DNA from: the human T2T-CHM13v2.0 reference genome, Homo sapiens
Reading direction: 5' to 3' (one strand)
NCBI RefSeq assembly: GCF_009914755.1
Contig: NC_060925.1
Length of the DNA stretch: 64,000 nt
Made by a program: the position numbers and the translations under genes. Shown here one piece after another: positions 47,401-61,903 of this stretch. The first letter of the stretch is position 1. Each line of letters starts with the position of its first letter. Under the pieces are notes generated by a model, which was not told where the DNA came from, did not search any database, and saw nothing but the letters and a program-made list of their open reading frames with translations.

Positions 47401-48099
47401 GGGCAAATGCCAGCTGGGATATCCCTGAATGAAGAAAGACCCTAGAGAAATGTACTAGTCTAACTCCTTTGCAGGATTTGGAAGGCGTTTCTCTGTAGTC
47501 CTTGCCCTCCTGAAGCACTCTCCAGATGCCCAGGCCAGGAATCAGCGGGGATGGAGTTGCGAAGGCAGGAGAGTGGCAGCCTGTTCAGGAGAGGCTGGGA
47601 CGCGTGCAGAAGGTTGCTTGGGTGGAGTCCGAGCTCCCCCACCAACATGTTGTGTAGCTTAGAACTTATTATCTCTGTGCCCTTTTATTCTTTCATTTAT
47701 GGGATGGGATGGGGGATTCCATGGGAAGGCTTCGGAGGCTATTCCTCCTTGAATATTCTAGGATGCTACAAAAGATGGTTTGGGTCCAGACAGACTGGGT
47801 CTGGGAGCTCAGCAAAGGAGCCTCGCTTTGGTCTTTTTGGCAGTGCAGTTTCTAAGCAGAAAAGTTTGGCTTCAGAACTTGGTCCATTTCAGAACTTAGA
47901 GGCAAAAACTTCCTTCCAGCCCTTTAAACAGACCTTGAGGTTTTTGGAAAACTGATGAAGAACAAACACTTCACTTGCGGGCAGTCTGAGGTGTGTGGAA
48001 GCTAAAGAGAGGTTGTCTGTGGCAAATGCACTGTCTCCCCAAGGGAGACTTTGGAAAGGTGCTTTTGTCTGTTTTTAGACTAGCCTCTCTCCCCGCCCC

Positions 48100-48430
48100 A
48101 CTATCCCCAAAAATTATTATAAAGAATTATTGCCATTAGTACGTCTTTCCTACTGAAAGGAGAAAATCGCCTCATTCATAATTTATACCCTCAATTACTA
48201 TTAATAAAGAAATATTTCAGCAGAAAATCGCCTGGGAAAATTACACGTAACATTGCATTAACATTCTATTTGAACATTTTCATCACATTTGTTATAGAGT
48301 TAATAAGAGGGATACGGTCCCCTGACTTCTTCATGAAATTATGGGCTGACGATGATAGTTTAATCTTTTAGACTTTATATAATATATTCACTTTACTAAT
48401 TGAGCTATCCAAGGAGCAGTTAGAGATGTT
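48100..48430. promoter_or_regulatory. Strong CNE-like enhancer candidate
   Basis: Very AT-rich, non-repeat, CpG-retaining block with many TAAT/ATTA cores. Exact 12-bp repeat AGAAAATCGCCT at 48161-48172 and 48222-48233. Confidence 0.6.
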
Positions 48431-49479
48431 CTTAAATGTGGAGACAGAGGAATCAGGGCCATGACTTTGCTGCCAGAGGCACCGCCTGTCAGGATGGGGC
48501 TGTGGGCAAAGCCTGCTGACTTAGGCACCAGCTCAGACCCCACCCTGGCAGAGCCAGGATCTCTACACTACCTGCTGAGAAGCCAGGGTCTGGTGGGAAG
48601 GGGTGTGGGGCTGCTGAGGGGGAACAAGGAGGAAGGGAGAAGGAAGGCCATGGGGAGCTGAGAAAAGGAGACAAAAGGGGCATTTCTTTCTAGACCACTC
48701 CTTCAATAGTCATTTGTTTAGACGCCCTCTACCCGCATCGTCCTGGGCCCCAGCAGGAGTTCATAGTCTGAAAGGGGTAGCAGGCCTATGATGGTGTTTG
48801 GTATTACACTTGGCAGTGGTTCTAGATGCTGTGAGCTCCTAGAAGATCGGGCACCCTTGGGACCATCCTATGAAGGCCCCTAGAGACAGGTGCCAGAGAA
48901 GGCGCTGCCCCTAAAGGCCTTTGCAGCACAAAGGAAGGAGTTGCTGTTTTTCAGGTCCGAATGGAAGCGATGGGTATATATTTTGGGTAATGGGGAGGAG
49001 AGCTGAGCGAAGTTCAGACAGTCCAGTCCTTTGTCACTGCTGTAGTGCCTGTGCTTTTCCATCCCTCATCTCAGTGAACAGCAGCAAAGCTGAGAGGCAG
49101 ATCTAGTGAGGGTGGAGGTCCTGTTCCTGACTCACCTTCCATGACGCCTTTACTGGGGCTTTTCTTACAAACCCCATCCAGCGCTGTCCCTTTCCCTTGT
49201 CCACTTTTCTATGACAGTATTCTGGGGGATCTTTGGTAACATTTCTTCTGAAAATTGCTTGTCTTCTTCCCTACTAGAATGTAGCTGTTTGTCCGTTCCA
49301 TTTGGCGCTGAATGTCCACCACACAGGAGGCACGCCATGTGTTAAGGACTTATGTTGGACTAAGGAAAGTAAAGTACAGAGGGGTCGGATAATGTCCCCG
49401 AGACTATGTGGTTAGATCAGAACAGGCTAAAGCCGAAGTCTCCTCCTTTCTATTTCACCTCTGAGTCTTGGCACCTCTT

Positions 49480-51235
49480 TTTACTTTATTGATCCAATGT
49501 ATCAGGAATGGGAAGGCATCCAGACTTCTCCCTCCTTCACGCTCATGTCGCGATGCAGGTCACTGTCATCTCACACTTGTGCTATTGCAATCTTCCTGCT
49601 TCCTTTCCGGCCCTCCCACGATCTATTCTTTGCACAGCAGCCAAAATAAGCCTTTAAAAGATAAATCAGGCCGAGTGTGGTGTCTCACACCTGTAATCCC
49701 AGCACTTTGGAAGGTCAAGGCGGGTAGATCATTTGAGGCCAGGAGTTCGAGACCAGCCTGGTCAACATGGTAAAACCCTGTCTCTACTAAAAATACAAAA
49801 ATTAGCTGGGCATGGTGGTGCGCACGTGTAATCCTAGCTACTCAGGAGGCTGAGGCAGGAGAATCGCTTGAACCCAGGAGGCAGAGGTTGCAGTGCACCA
49901 AGATCACACCACTGCATTACCACCTGGGTGACAGAGAGAGACTCCATCTGAAGAAAAAAAAAAAAAGATAAATCAGATTATATTACTGCTCTGCTCCTAA
50001 CTTTTCCAGACCTTCCTATCACACAGAATAAAATCCAGTGTCCTCTTCCCAACCTACAAGACCCTACAGTCTGGCCCCTCTTCCATCTGCTCTCTCTACC
50101 ACGGCCACATTATCCCCATCGTTCCTTGAATACACTGAGTACCTTCCCCATCAGAGCCTTTGAACTTATTTCCTCTACCTGAAACACTCCTCCTTCGCAG
50201 ATCCTCATGACTCTCTTCTTCATTTCACTCAGATATCTGCTCAAATGTCACTTCTTCAGAGAGGCCTTTCCTGGCCACCTGCTGTCACTCTCAGCATCTC
50301 CTTACCCTGCTCATTTTCCTTCATTTTGCGTGTGCCTACCTGACATGCCACTGTGTCTTTATTTGTTGGTTGCCTACTCCAGCAGTAGAAAGTAAGTTCT
50401 ACATTCACTGTTAGATTTCTAGCTCCTGGAACATGGTAGGTGCTTAATAAATTTCTTGAATAAATGAATGAATGTTTGCTCTGCTTTTGTCTGCACATGT
50501 TCTATCAGGGTGATCTCATGATCTTCCACGTAAATGCTACACCATATGCCAGCAGCTTCTAAATCTTAACTTCAATCCAAATCAATCTCCTGAGCTTCCA
50601 ACTCACTTTCCAGCCACCTACAGGACATCTCCCCATGTGTCGTATGTCTAACACACATATGTCCAAAATGGAACATACCATTTTTCTCCCTTCTTTAGCT
50701 CCCATTTCATTAAATGGCACCACAATCTTAAATGCCCATCCAGAAACCTGAGATTATTACCCCTCTTCCTTTCTCAGACCTCCATCTAATCAATCCCTAA
50801 ATTCCGTTCATCCTACCCTTAAATAGCTCTCAGATCAGTCCACTTCCCTCCATTTCCAAGGCTCCTAGCCTAGTCCAGGCCACATTGCCATCTCTCACCC
50901 CAGTGACTGGGACAGCCTCCAGCTGGTCTCCCTGCCTCCGGTCCTTCCTCTACAGGATGTTTTATGGTTAATCTAAAACATAAATCCTGGAGTCAGAGAT
51001 AATATCCAGGCTTCTAGTTGAGGAATTAGATGATAATGACTCCTCTCACATTAAATGGAAGAGGAGGCAGTCTGGGGACATGTGACATTTGACTACCTTT
51101 GTGGCATTTTAAAACATAGCTGTCTCCTCCCACTAGGTGGCAGAAATCATCTCATTCATCTTTATAGCCTCTGTGTCCTCAGCACCCAGCACAGTGCCTG
51201 GCACAGAGCAAGTGCTCTTGAATATTTGTTGCATG
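49480..51235. mobile_element. L2 fragments with AluS (49669-49968, plus)
   Basis: ctcaaatgtcacttcttcagagaggcct; Alu TSD aaaagataaatcag. Confidence 0.75.
51130..51143 (+). promoter_or_regulatory. CTCF core motif
   Basis: CCACTAGGTGGCAG matches the CTCF core consensus CCASYAGRKGGCRS. Confidence 0.7.
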
Positions 51236-52708
51236 TGATTGTACCCTGAAATTCACAAGGGAAGGGACTCTTTGAAACCCAGCCTCGATGGCACCCCGCC
51301 ACTGCTCTTATAATATGCATCATGTGGTTCTGTAATTCCTGTTTACTCATCTGACTCTTCACTAAATGAAAAGCCCCTCTTTCATAATTAAAGCTCAGCA
51401 CAAAGTGGGTGCTGAATAATGTTTTGTGAAATCAATGACAAAGTGAATCTCTCTCTGTACATTGCAATATCCTATTTACTGTTCCTTCTACCTCCTTCTG
51501 ATCTGCTGGCCTCTGCAGCAGCAAGACCAGCCATTCTCCCAGGCAGGTCTTCTCTGGCCCAGCCACTTCTCAGCTCTCTCGGTGTCTGTGACTCATTGCC
51601 TCAAGAGTAGCTTTTGATATCTGCCATCAGCTGCTGCCGCTAAGGATTCAGGTCATGCTTGTGTCTCTTCTCTTCAATACCAAGTAACCTTTATTGTCTA
51701 AGAGAAATGTTTGGCCCTATAATTTTGCACCATTACTCTACTTGGGGAGAGATACCCATGAGGAAGGATGTTGTTCACCAAGTAAACAATGAAGGGAAAG
51801 ATCCTCCAGGTGGAAATCACGTTGAATGAAATGGATAAAGATGTGGAGACTTGAAAGAGAAGTTCTCGAGGCCCTCAAAGAAGAAAGCACGCAGGAGAAC
51901 TGAAGAGAAAGACAGGTGCCAGAATGTGGTACAGGGTAGGGGGAGCTTATAATATAATTATAATATGATAATGATATAATATAAATTATATAATTATTAT
52001 AAGAGTAATAATGGCTATTATTAATTGAATGCCTAAAACCCTAAAACGTCCCAGGCGATGTGCCAGCTGCTTCACATGCATTATCTCATTTACCCTTCAC
52101 TAGAACACTATGTGTTGGGTGCCAAGGAGTTTGAACTTCTTCTTGTTTATCTTGAGGATAATGGGGATCCATTGAAGGCTTTGAAGGAGAGTTGCATGGT
52201 CAGATTTGCCTGGGCCCTGCCCATGGAATGCTGCATCCAGAAAAAAGAGATGTCAGGATCAGGACAGCCCAGGGGTTATGACTGAGCTATCAGTCCATGA
52301 GGACACCGGGCTAGAAAGAAGAGAAGAGACCAGAATCTACAGAAGGAAACCTAGCAGTGGGCATCATGGAAAGCAGACCTGGAGTGGAGCAGAGGCCTAA
52401 AGGAGGATCAGGAGCAAGCCTGGAAGGAAATCAGGAGAGTTCATATCAGATAGCATGAGTTTAATGAGTTTACATCCACTGACAGTTGGATATAGGGGTC
52501 TGATTTCCCAAGAGGGGCTCAAGGATAGAGATAGAAAATTTGGAATTAATAGACTATAGATGGTAGTTGATTTCATGGAAACATGTCTCCAACAGGACAA
52601 AAAACTGAGCTTACTAGGCCCTACATCATCTAACCCTTGCTTACCTCTCTGGAATCATCCCTATGTCCTCTTAGAGTTATTTTCCCTCTGGTCATACTGT
52701 AATATTCA

Positions 52709-53060
<352 letters not shown>

Positions 53061-53744
53061 AAATAAAAAATAGTGTAATACTCACATTTCCCCAGCTGGG
53101 CCATGCTCTTCCTCCTATAGCCCTTGCCCTCTGGAGTGCCTTTTCCTAAACTCTCCCCTCTGTTTGGAATGACCTCTGCCCTATCCCACTTCACTTGGCT
53201 AACTCTTACTTGTCCTTCAGGTCATATTTTTAAATTAAGCTTTAAATTTCTTACCATTGAGAAAGTCCAGAACACATGTTTATCCTGTGCTTCCTGCAAC
53301 TCATGAGTATACTTTCTTACACTGTTCTGTGCTCCAGTTTAAGAAGACTGGGTAACATAGAAAAAGCCTCTCAGGGCTTCACTGTGAATCTTTAATACAT
53401 TTACTTAGAGAAGCCAGACCCAGACAGTTCACCAGCCCCAAAGCCCAAGAGCCTAAAGCCTGGCCCTTCAGTGCTATTTTGTGAGGGTAAAGGAGTAAGA
53501 GAGAGCACCCAGGTCAGCCTGCCCCTGCACTGCCATTAGGGATTCTGCACGTTCATTCCTCCTTTGTTTAATAAGCACATTTGTTTGCTGTGTCTTAGAT
53601 GTCACTGCCTTTGAGAAGCCTTCCCTGACCTCCAGCCCGGGGTGGGGTGATTCCTCTGTGCTTCCTCAGCCGCCTGTGCTAACCCCTATGGGATTGTTGC
53701 TTTTGCTGTGGTTTTGTTGTTGTTGTTTTGCATTTGTGTTTTTT

Positions 53745-54716
53745 TTTATTTTTTATTGACTCATAATATTTGTACATATTTACAGATCACATATGACATT
53801 TTGTTACATGCATAGAATGTGCAATTACCAAATCAGGGTATTTAGGGTTTCCATCACCTCGAGTATTTGTCATTTCTACGTACTGGAAACATTTCAAGTC
53901 CTCTCTTCTAACTATTTTGAAATATACATCATTGTTAACTATAGTCATCCTACTCTGCTATCAAACATTAGAACTTATTCCTTCCATTAGAACTTATTCC
54001 TTCCATCTAACTGTATTATTGTACCCATTAACCAACCTCTCTTCATCACACGCACTCCCTGCCCAGCCTCTGGTAACTATCACTCTGTTCTCTACCTCCA
54101 TGAGATCAACTTTTTTAGCTCCCACATATCAGTGAGAACATGCAGTATTGGTCTTTCTGTGCCTGGTTTATTTCACTTAAACAATGATCTTCACTTCCAT
54201 CCATGTTGCTGAAAATGACAGGATTTCATTTTTTTAATGGCTAAATAATATACCACATTTTCTTTATCCATTCATCTGTTGGTGGGCACTCAGGTTGACT
54301 CTGTATCTTTGCTGTTGTGATTAGTGCTGCAATAAACATGGGAGTCAAGTACGGTGGGCAAAGGACATGAACAGACATTTCTCAAAATAAGACATACAAA
54401 TGGCCAACAGGTACATGAAAAAATGCTGAGCATCACTAATCACCAGGGAAATGCAAACCAAAACCACAATGAGATACCATCTTACCCAGTTAGAATGGCT
54501 ATTATTAAAAAGACAAAAAGTAACAGATGCTGGCAAGAATGCGAAGAAAAGGGAACTCTTATACACAGTTGGTGGGAATGTAAATTAGTACAGACGTTAT
54601 GGAAAACGATATGGAGATTCTCAAAAAACTGAAAATAGAACTACCTTGCAATTCAACAATCCCACTACTGGGTATTTATCCAAAGGGAAGAAATCAGTAT
54701 ATCAAAGGGATCACTG
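53745..54716 (-). mobile_element. L1MA-type element with 5' inversion (minus 53745-54346; inverted plus 54355-54716)
   Basis: 3'UTR in antisense, then the ORF2 end in sense; the two breakpoints appear contiguous in the L1 consensus. Confidence 0.85.
54480..54632 (+). pseudogene. L1 ORF2p C-terminal cysteine-rich domain remnant
   Basis: [45 protein letters not shown] resembles L1 ORF2p; frameshifted upstream. Confidence 0.9.
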
Positions 54717-54902
54717 TGCTTTTTATTGCCTGCTCTCCCACTAGTCTGCAAGCTTCTTAAGAAACATTTGTTTAATAAATGAAATAATTGTGTCCCACTG
54801 TGTGACATGCTCCATAATGGGCCCTGGGACCACCAGGTTGACGAGGACATGGTCCCTGCCCTTGAGCAACTGCCAGTCTAGCCACTTGATCCTCATCCGT
54901 AG

Positions 54903-55040
54903 AGATCACTTGGGTGATCTACCACTTCACTCAGGTGAACTACCATAGATCACTTCATCAGAGCAACAAATTCCACTTGGGTGAACTACCATAGATCACT
55001 TGGGTGAACTAGCATACATTACTTCATCAGAGCAACAAAT
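54903..55040. repeat. Two-level tandem repeat (2 x 69 bp, each three ~23-bp monomers)
   Basis: GGTGAACTACCATAGATCACTT at 54934 and 54980; ACTTCATCAGAGCAACAAAT at 54952 and 55021. Confidence 0.85.
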
Positions 55041-55469
55041 GCTTTCCAAGTCTGTGCATACACATAATTTTCTTTGATCCTTATAGCAGTTTCTGGGGGA
55101 TAGTGGTAGATAAGGCAGAGATTAGTTCCCAGACCTTAGCTACCAGGGAGAATAGGGGGTGGCCAGGAGGAGTGAACTTTGTTGGTGAACTTTGTTGTCA
55201 CAAGTTCACCACTTGAAAGAACAGAGATGGAAGCCATGGGATTCCAGCAGTTCTCCTTTCTCTGGGGCTCCTAAGGGCAGAAGTTTGGCTGCGGGACCAG
55301 ATCTTACACTGTTTTCATTCCATCTTGAGGCTGATGCCTTCCCTGGCCTTTGGGCATGTAGGATTCCCTCCCAATTCTAGTGCCCCCAGCCTAAGACTGG
55401 GGAGCCCTGGGCAAGGAGAAGCCAGTGGCTGGGCTGTGACTGAAGCTCCCCAGCCCAGCCAGGACAGGA

Positions 55470-55690
55470 TGGGCCCCAGTGTAAACCGGATTTGCCTTGT
55501 AAACAGCTGAGCAGCTGGGCTCCATCTTGGCAGGGGAGCCCAGCAACAACCCAGCAGGACAGCCCCAGCCCAGCAGGGCATTGTCCAAAGAAAAAGGGGG
55601 GAAAAAAGCTGAGTAAACAAAGAGGGATGGCCAGTTTTTTCGTCTCTGACTTGTTATTTCAGCCGGACAATTGCTGTGCTGACTGTGGGT
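55470..55690. promoter_or_regulatory. Candidate FOX/SOX/E-box enhancer
   Basis: TGTAAACA 55498-55505, GTAAACA 55613-55619, CAGCTG x2 (55504, 55512), CATTGT 55579-55584, ACAAT. Confidence 0.45.
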
Positions 55691-56183
55691 CTGGTTGGGC
55701 TGGGCCAAGCTGAAGTCTCAATGATCTTCCTTACCTCATCTCCTCTCTTCTCACCTCAGCTCAACTCACTTTGCCTTCTCTACTCTAGGCTCACTTCTGG
55801 GAAAGGGGTCAAAGACGGAAACTGCAGACAAGTGGGGACAGGCTCCAGGAGCCGACAGGAGGGTAAGGAATTGAGCATTTGCCAAGTATATATAGAGGTA
55901 TATCCAAGGTCTTGTTAGAACACAGAGCAGAGGCTGATACAGCAGATTCAAATAGTCAAGACAGTCTGTCCAACATTGGCTCAGATAGCCCCACTCTGGC
56001 TCTCATAGGAAAGTTCACTCTACATTCCAATAATCTTGATACCAAAGTTACATGTGAAACCCTAGGACTGTCTTCCTATCAGGTTTCACATCCAAGCCAT
56101 CTTCGGCCACTGCCCAAGTACAAGCCCCTGCAGCCTTCTCCAGTATTTTCAGCCCCAAACTGCAGTGCACCCCCTCTTACCCG

Positions 56184-56290
56184 CTGCCACCTCTCCTCCC
56201 AGCTTCTCCCCTCTCCCCACTGCCACCTCTCCTCCCAGCTTCTCCCTTCTCCCCACTGCCACCTCTCCTCCCAGCTTTTCCCTTCTGCCA
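56184..56290. repeat. Pyrimidine-rich minisatellite, 36-bp unit x3
   Basis: CTGCCACCTCTCCTCCCAGCTTCTCCC(C/T)TCTCCCCA units at 56184, 56220 and 56256. Confidence 0.95.
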
Positions 56291-56409
56291 TCTAAAGCAG
56301 ATTCTCAGCTCTTGACCACCTCAACCTTAGTGCCCTTTATCACCACTTTATGTGTCCATCCCTGATCCTATGCCATTCATTCATTTGACACATATTTAAT
56401 AGGCATCTA

Positions 56410-57310
<901 letters not shown>

Positions 57311-57664
57311 AGTGGGATAAGTATTTCAATTTGAGTCCATGCCAAGGGAAGGAAGGCTAAGCTGAAGAGAAGCTCTGGGGGTTATTTGATAGTAAATTTA
57401 GAAGAAAGAAGTCGGCAAGTGCTATGGGCCCCCATGCATCTACTATTATTTGGATCCCAGAACACTTCAGGGGATAGAGAGTTCTGTTCCACTCTGCACT
57501 TGTCAGGTAGCGGTAGATCCACCTGGAGGACAATGTCCAGTTTGGGAGAAGAGACACTGATGAACAACTCTAATCACTCCCACAGACCACAGACCCTGAT
57601 AGTTTGCCAAGAATGACACCTGCCTATGGTTTAGCATCCTTGATCTTCACAAATATCCTGAGAG

Positions 57665-58210
<546 letters not shown>

Positions 58211-58635
58211 TCTGAGCAAAGAAAGGACAGGGAGGCTTGATGGAAATCAACACTAGTTGCTTTACTAAGTGCTAGTGTGCTGCATCTTAATCTCTCCCTA
58301 GACTTGGACCCCCAGTCTGAGCTTTGACTCTTGAGTTCTGGCGCTGTGGGGCCTAAGAACAGGGTGGCTCCATCACTGGGGCAAGCAGCCTCTTACATGT
58401 GAGCCTGTTTGTCTAAGGGCAAGAATGGGGAAAACTGTGTACTTGAAGCTATTTGCTAGGACTTTGGGACAGTTGGTTCTGGACACTCATCCGAGACAAC
58501 CAGCTATTTGTGGATATTGTTTATTCTTTCTGCTCCTCTCCTCATACTGTGACTTCTGCTGACCTCCTCTGCTTAAGTAAGTCCCCACTGAGGTCCTGAC
58601 CTATCTTTGGACCATGTCCTGAAGAAGTTGTTCCA

Positions 58636-58907
58636 GGCCAGGCATGGTGGCTCAAGCCTTCGGGAGGCTGAGGTGGGTAGATTGCTTGAGTCCAGGAGTT
58701 TGAGACCAGCCTGGGCAACATGGTGAGAATCCATCTCTATAAAAAATACCAAAAAATTAGCCAGGTGTGGTGGCGTGCATCTGTAGTCCCAGCTACTGGG
58801 AGGCTAAGGTGAGAGGATCACTTGAGCCTAGGAGGCAGAGGTTGCAGTGAGCCATGTCATGCCACTGCACTCCAGCCAGGGCAACAGAGCAAGACCCTGT
58901 CTCACAA

Positions 58908-58939
<32 letters not shown>

Positions 58940-58981
58940 GAAAGAAAGAAAAGAAAAGAAAAAGAAAGAAAGAAAGAAGAA
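58636..58981 (+). mobile_element. AluJ with (AAAG)n tail
   Basis: Dimer; flanking ttgttcca. Confidence 0.9.
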
Positions 58982-58999
58982 ATTGTTCCATGGAGAAGG

Positions 59000-59580
59000 T
59001 TGTCCCTTCATCTAGTGTTAGGATAAAGAAACTGAATCTCAAAAAGATGAAGAAACTTACTCAAATTCCTGTTGCTATTACATAATGAAGCTGGGATTTT
59101 GAACCTTGGGCCTCCAACTCCAGATGCTGTGCTTTTTTCCCCTTTTCCCACCATGACAATAGAAAATGGGCCTAATGTTCTCAGCGGAATAGAACTGGAG
59201 TGCCTATGGGTCAGGATATTTGAAATCGGGTCATGTTGGAAATCACTGAATGGACTAGAAATGTTCAACTTAGAGAAAAGAAGACTCCAGGGGACATTAT
59301 TGTTGTTTTTAGATTTCCAAAAGGCTATTGTGTGGGACAGAGATCAAACCTTTTCTGTCTGAGCCCAAGAGTTTAAACACAGACCAGTGGGTGGAACTTC
59401 CAGGGAAATAGATTTTAGCTCAAGCTGTGTGTGAACTTTCTAAACAGCCGAAGCTCCCCAGAGCAGCAAAGCCGCCTGAGGATGTCTGGAGCCTCCTGGC
59501 CTCGGAGGTGTTTGGGCAGGCCACCTATTAGGAAGATTGTGAAGACAGGCTAGACCATAAGACCCTTTGAGGCTTTATAG
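59000..59580. mobile_element. MIR (minus) then L3/CR1 3' region (plus)
   Basis: gaaatgttcaacttagagaaaagaagact...gatttccaaaaggct...ccagtgggtggaacttccaggga. Confidence 0.65.
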
Positions 59581-61343
59581 AGAACAGTCTGGGGTTCTGG
59601 GCTCCAATCCCAGCCTCTCCCAGCCTTCAGAGCTCTGGAAGCTGCTGAGTGCCACACCTGCCACCTGACCTGCTCTGCTGGTTGTGTGTCCCTCCTTCCC
59701 AAAGCATCCTCCAGCTTCTCCAGGAGACTGAGGAGTGGACAGTGGCATGCCTAGGGCCTGTGTCCATTCGCTGTGTGGCCGCCTTCTCCAGGCCTTGCTC
59801 TTCCCTTGATTTTGAATAGAGCTTCCTAGAGCAGGAAGTGGAGTCAAGGCCATGCCCAGAGCCAGAGTCTGGGCCAGGAGAACTTCATGGGAGAAAGGCT
59901 CATCTGTGCTTAAGAGCTGAGGTCTAGGCCAAGCCTTGGCTGAGAGAGAGAGTGTCCGGAAGGACTGCCTGTCTGGTGCTGATCGGGGAAGGTTCATTTG
60001 ATGACATCTTCATTAGGATTTTCCTCTCATCATACGGACTCTGCACCACACTCACACACATATATAACTATTGGAAAAACGATTTTAATACCCATGGCAC
60101 ATTGTCCTTGTGTGATATAAAATCCAATGACATGTGGCATTTGGAAAAGGTCACTTCTCCCATCAGGATTCATTAGCCTGTTTCAGCCTCTACGCCGGCA
60201 GGACAGGTCCCAGCTGCTTGTCCCCTGCAGTGAGGCCAGTTGGACAGGTGGAGCCTACAGGGACCCTCCCTGGAGAGCAAAGGGCCTCCCCAGGGTGCCG
60301 GCCAGGGAATCCCTGCTTTGGCCAAGCTCTTTCCCACACATGCCTGGGGAGTAGGGAAGGGTGGTTTCCAGAAAAAATGAAACCTCTGGCCAGGCAACCA
60401 TGGCTTTCAGGTCTGGAGTGCATGGGAAACGGAAAGTCAGGACCAAACCCTCAGTGTTTTTCCTAAGACGATCATCCTTTGGCAGAGAGGGACCTTTGAG
60501 GGACTCTGGAGAGAGAGCTGAGGGACAGGGTGGATGCAAAGAGGAGGCAAAGGACATGAGGGAAGAAAGAGTCCTAGGGGGCTGGGGTGGGCAGGATCCT
60601 GGGCCTTCCTCTGGGAACCTGACTGGAACCTGGGATCTGCTGGTGTTCTCTATTCATTCCTCTTTGGCAAAGCTAGGACCCAAGCCTGCTCTTCTTGCTC
60701 CATTCTTGTGTTCCTTGTGTGCTGGGGTTTCATCTCTAGGTGTGAAGCAGCTGTGCCCACTAGCCAGGTCAATGGAAATGGACATTTTCTGTCAATGCTG
60801 GTGTCAATGTGGCCAAGGGAAGCGCCCACCAGCACCAGCATCTATGCCTCCCTGACTTTCCACATTCGGCCTGGCCAGCACTCACCTTGGGAAGTTACTT
60901 CCTTACAGCTAAACGGAGCTGCTTCTCAGATCCTTGGGCTGTTGGTTTGTTTGATGGGAGTCACCAGATCACAGAAGAACTCTAGTTGCAGAGTGGAAGA
61001 ATGAGGACAGTCAAAGGAAGAGAGAAGACTTTGAAAAAACTAGAGCTGGAAACCAAGAAGCCAGTAAGCTTGGATGAGGGGAACGGGAAAGAGATGCACC
61101 CTAAGGCAAAGCCTGAGAAACTGGCAGCCCACAAAAGCAGGGGTCCTGCTCCTGAGCGGCAATGTCCATCCACTCCCACATCCATGCACCCCTCTTATAT
61201 GTCTGTTCTTGCCGTCCAGTATTTAAAGGATGGGAAAAGAAGGGCCCTCCAGCAAAGAGAATAATGGGTGCCCAGTGATGCAGGAAGAAACAGGGGACTG
61301 AGGTACCCAAAGCCAAGTAAAAAATTCAAGAAGAAGCGAGTGG

Positions 61344-61903
<560 letters not shown>

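Noticed and set aside
54354-54632. ORF with real protein similarity
   Set aside because: Frameshifted L1 ORF2p remnant, not a host gene.
55879-56365. ORFs with repeated peptides (CHLSSQLLPSPH / SWEERWQWGEGR)
   Set aside because: Artefact of a 36-bp (multiple of 3) minisatellite.
60986-61264. Lys/Glu-rich protein-looking ORF
   Set aside because: Purine-rich sequence whose 3' part resembles L3/CR1; non-ATG start, no recognisable homologue or exon structure.
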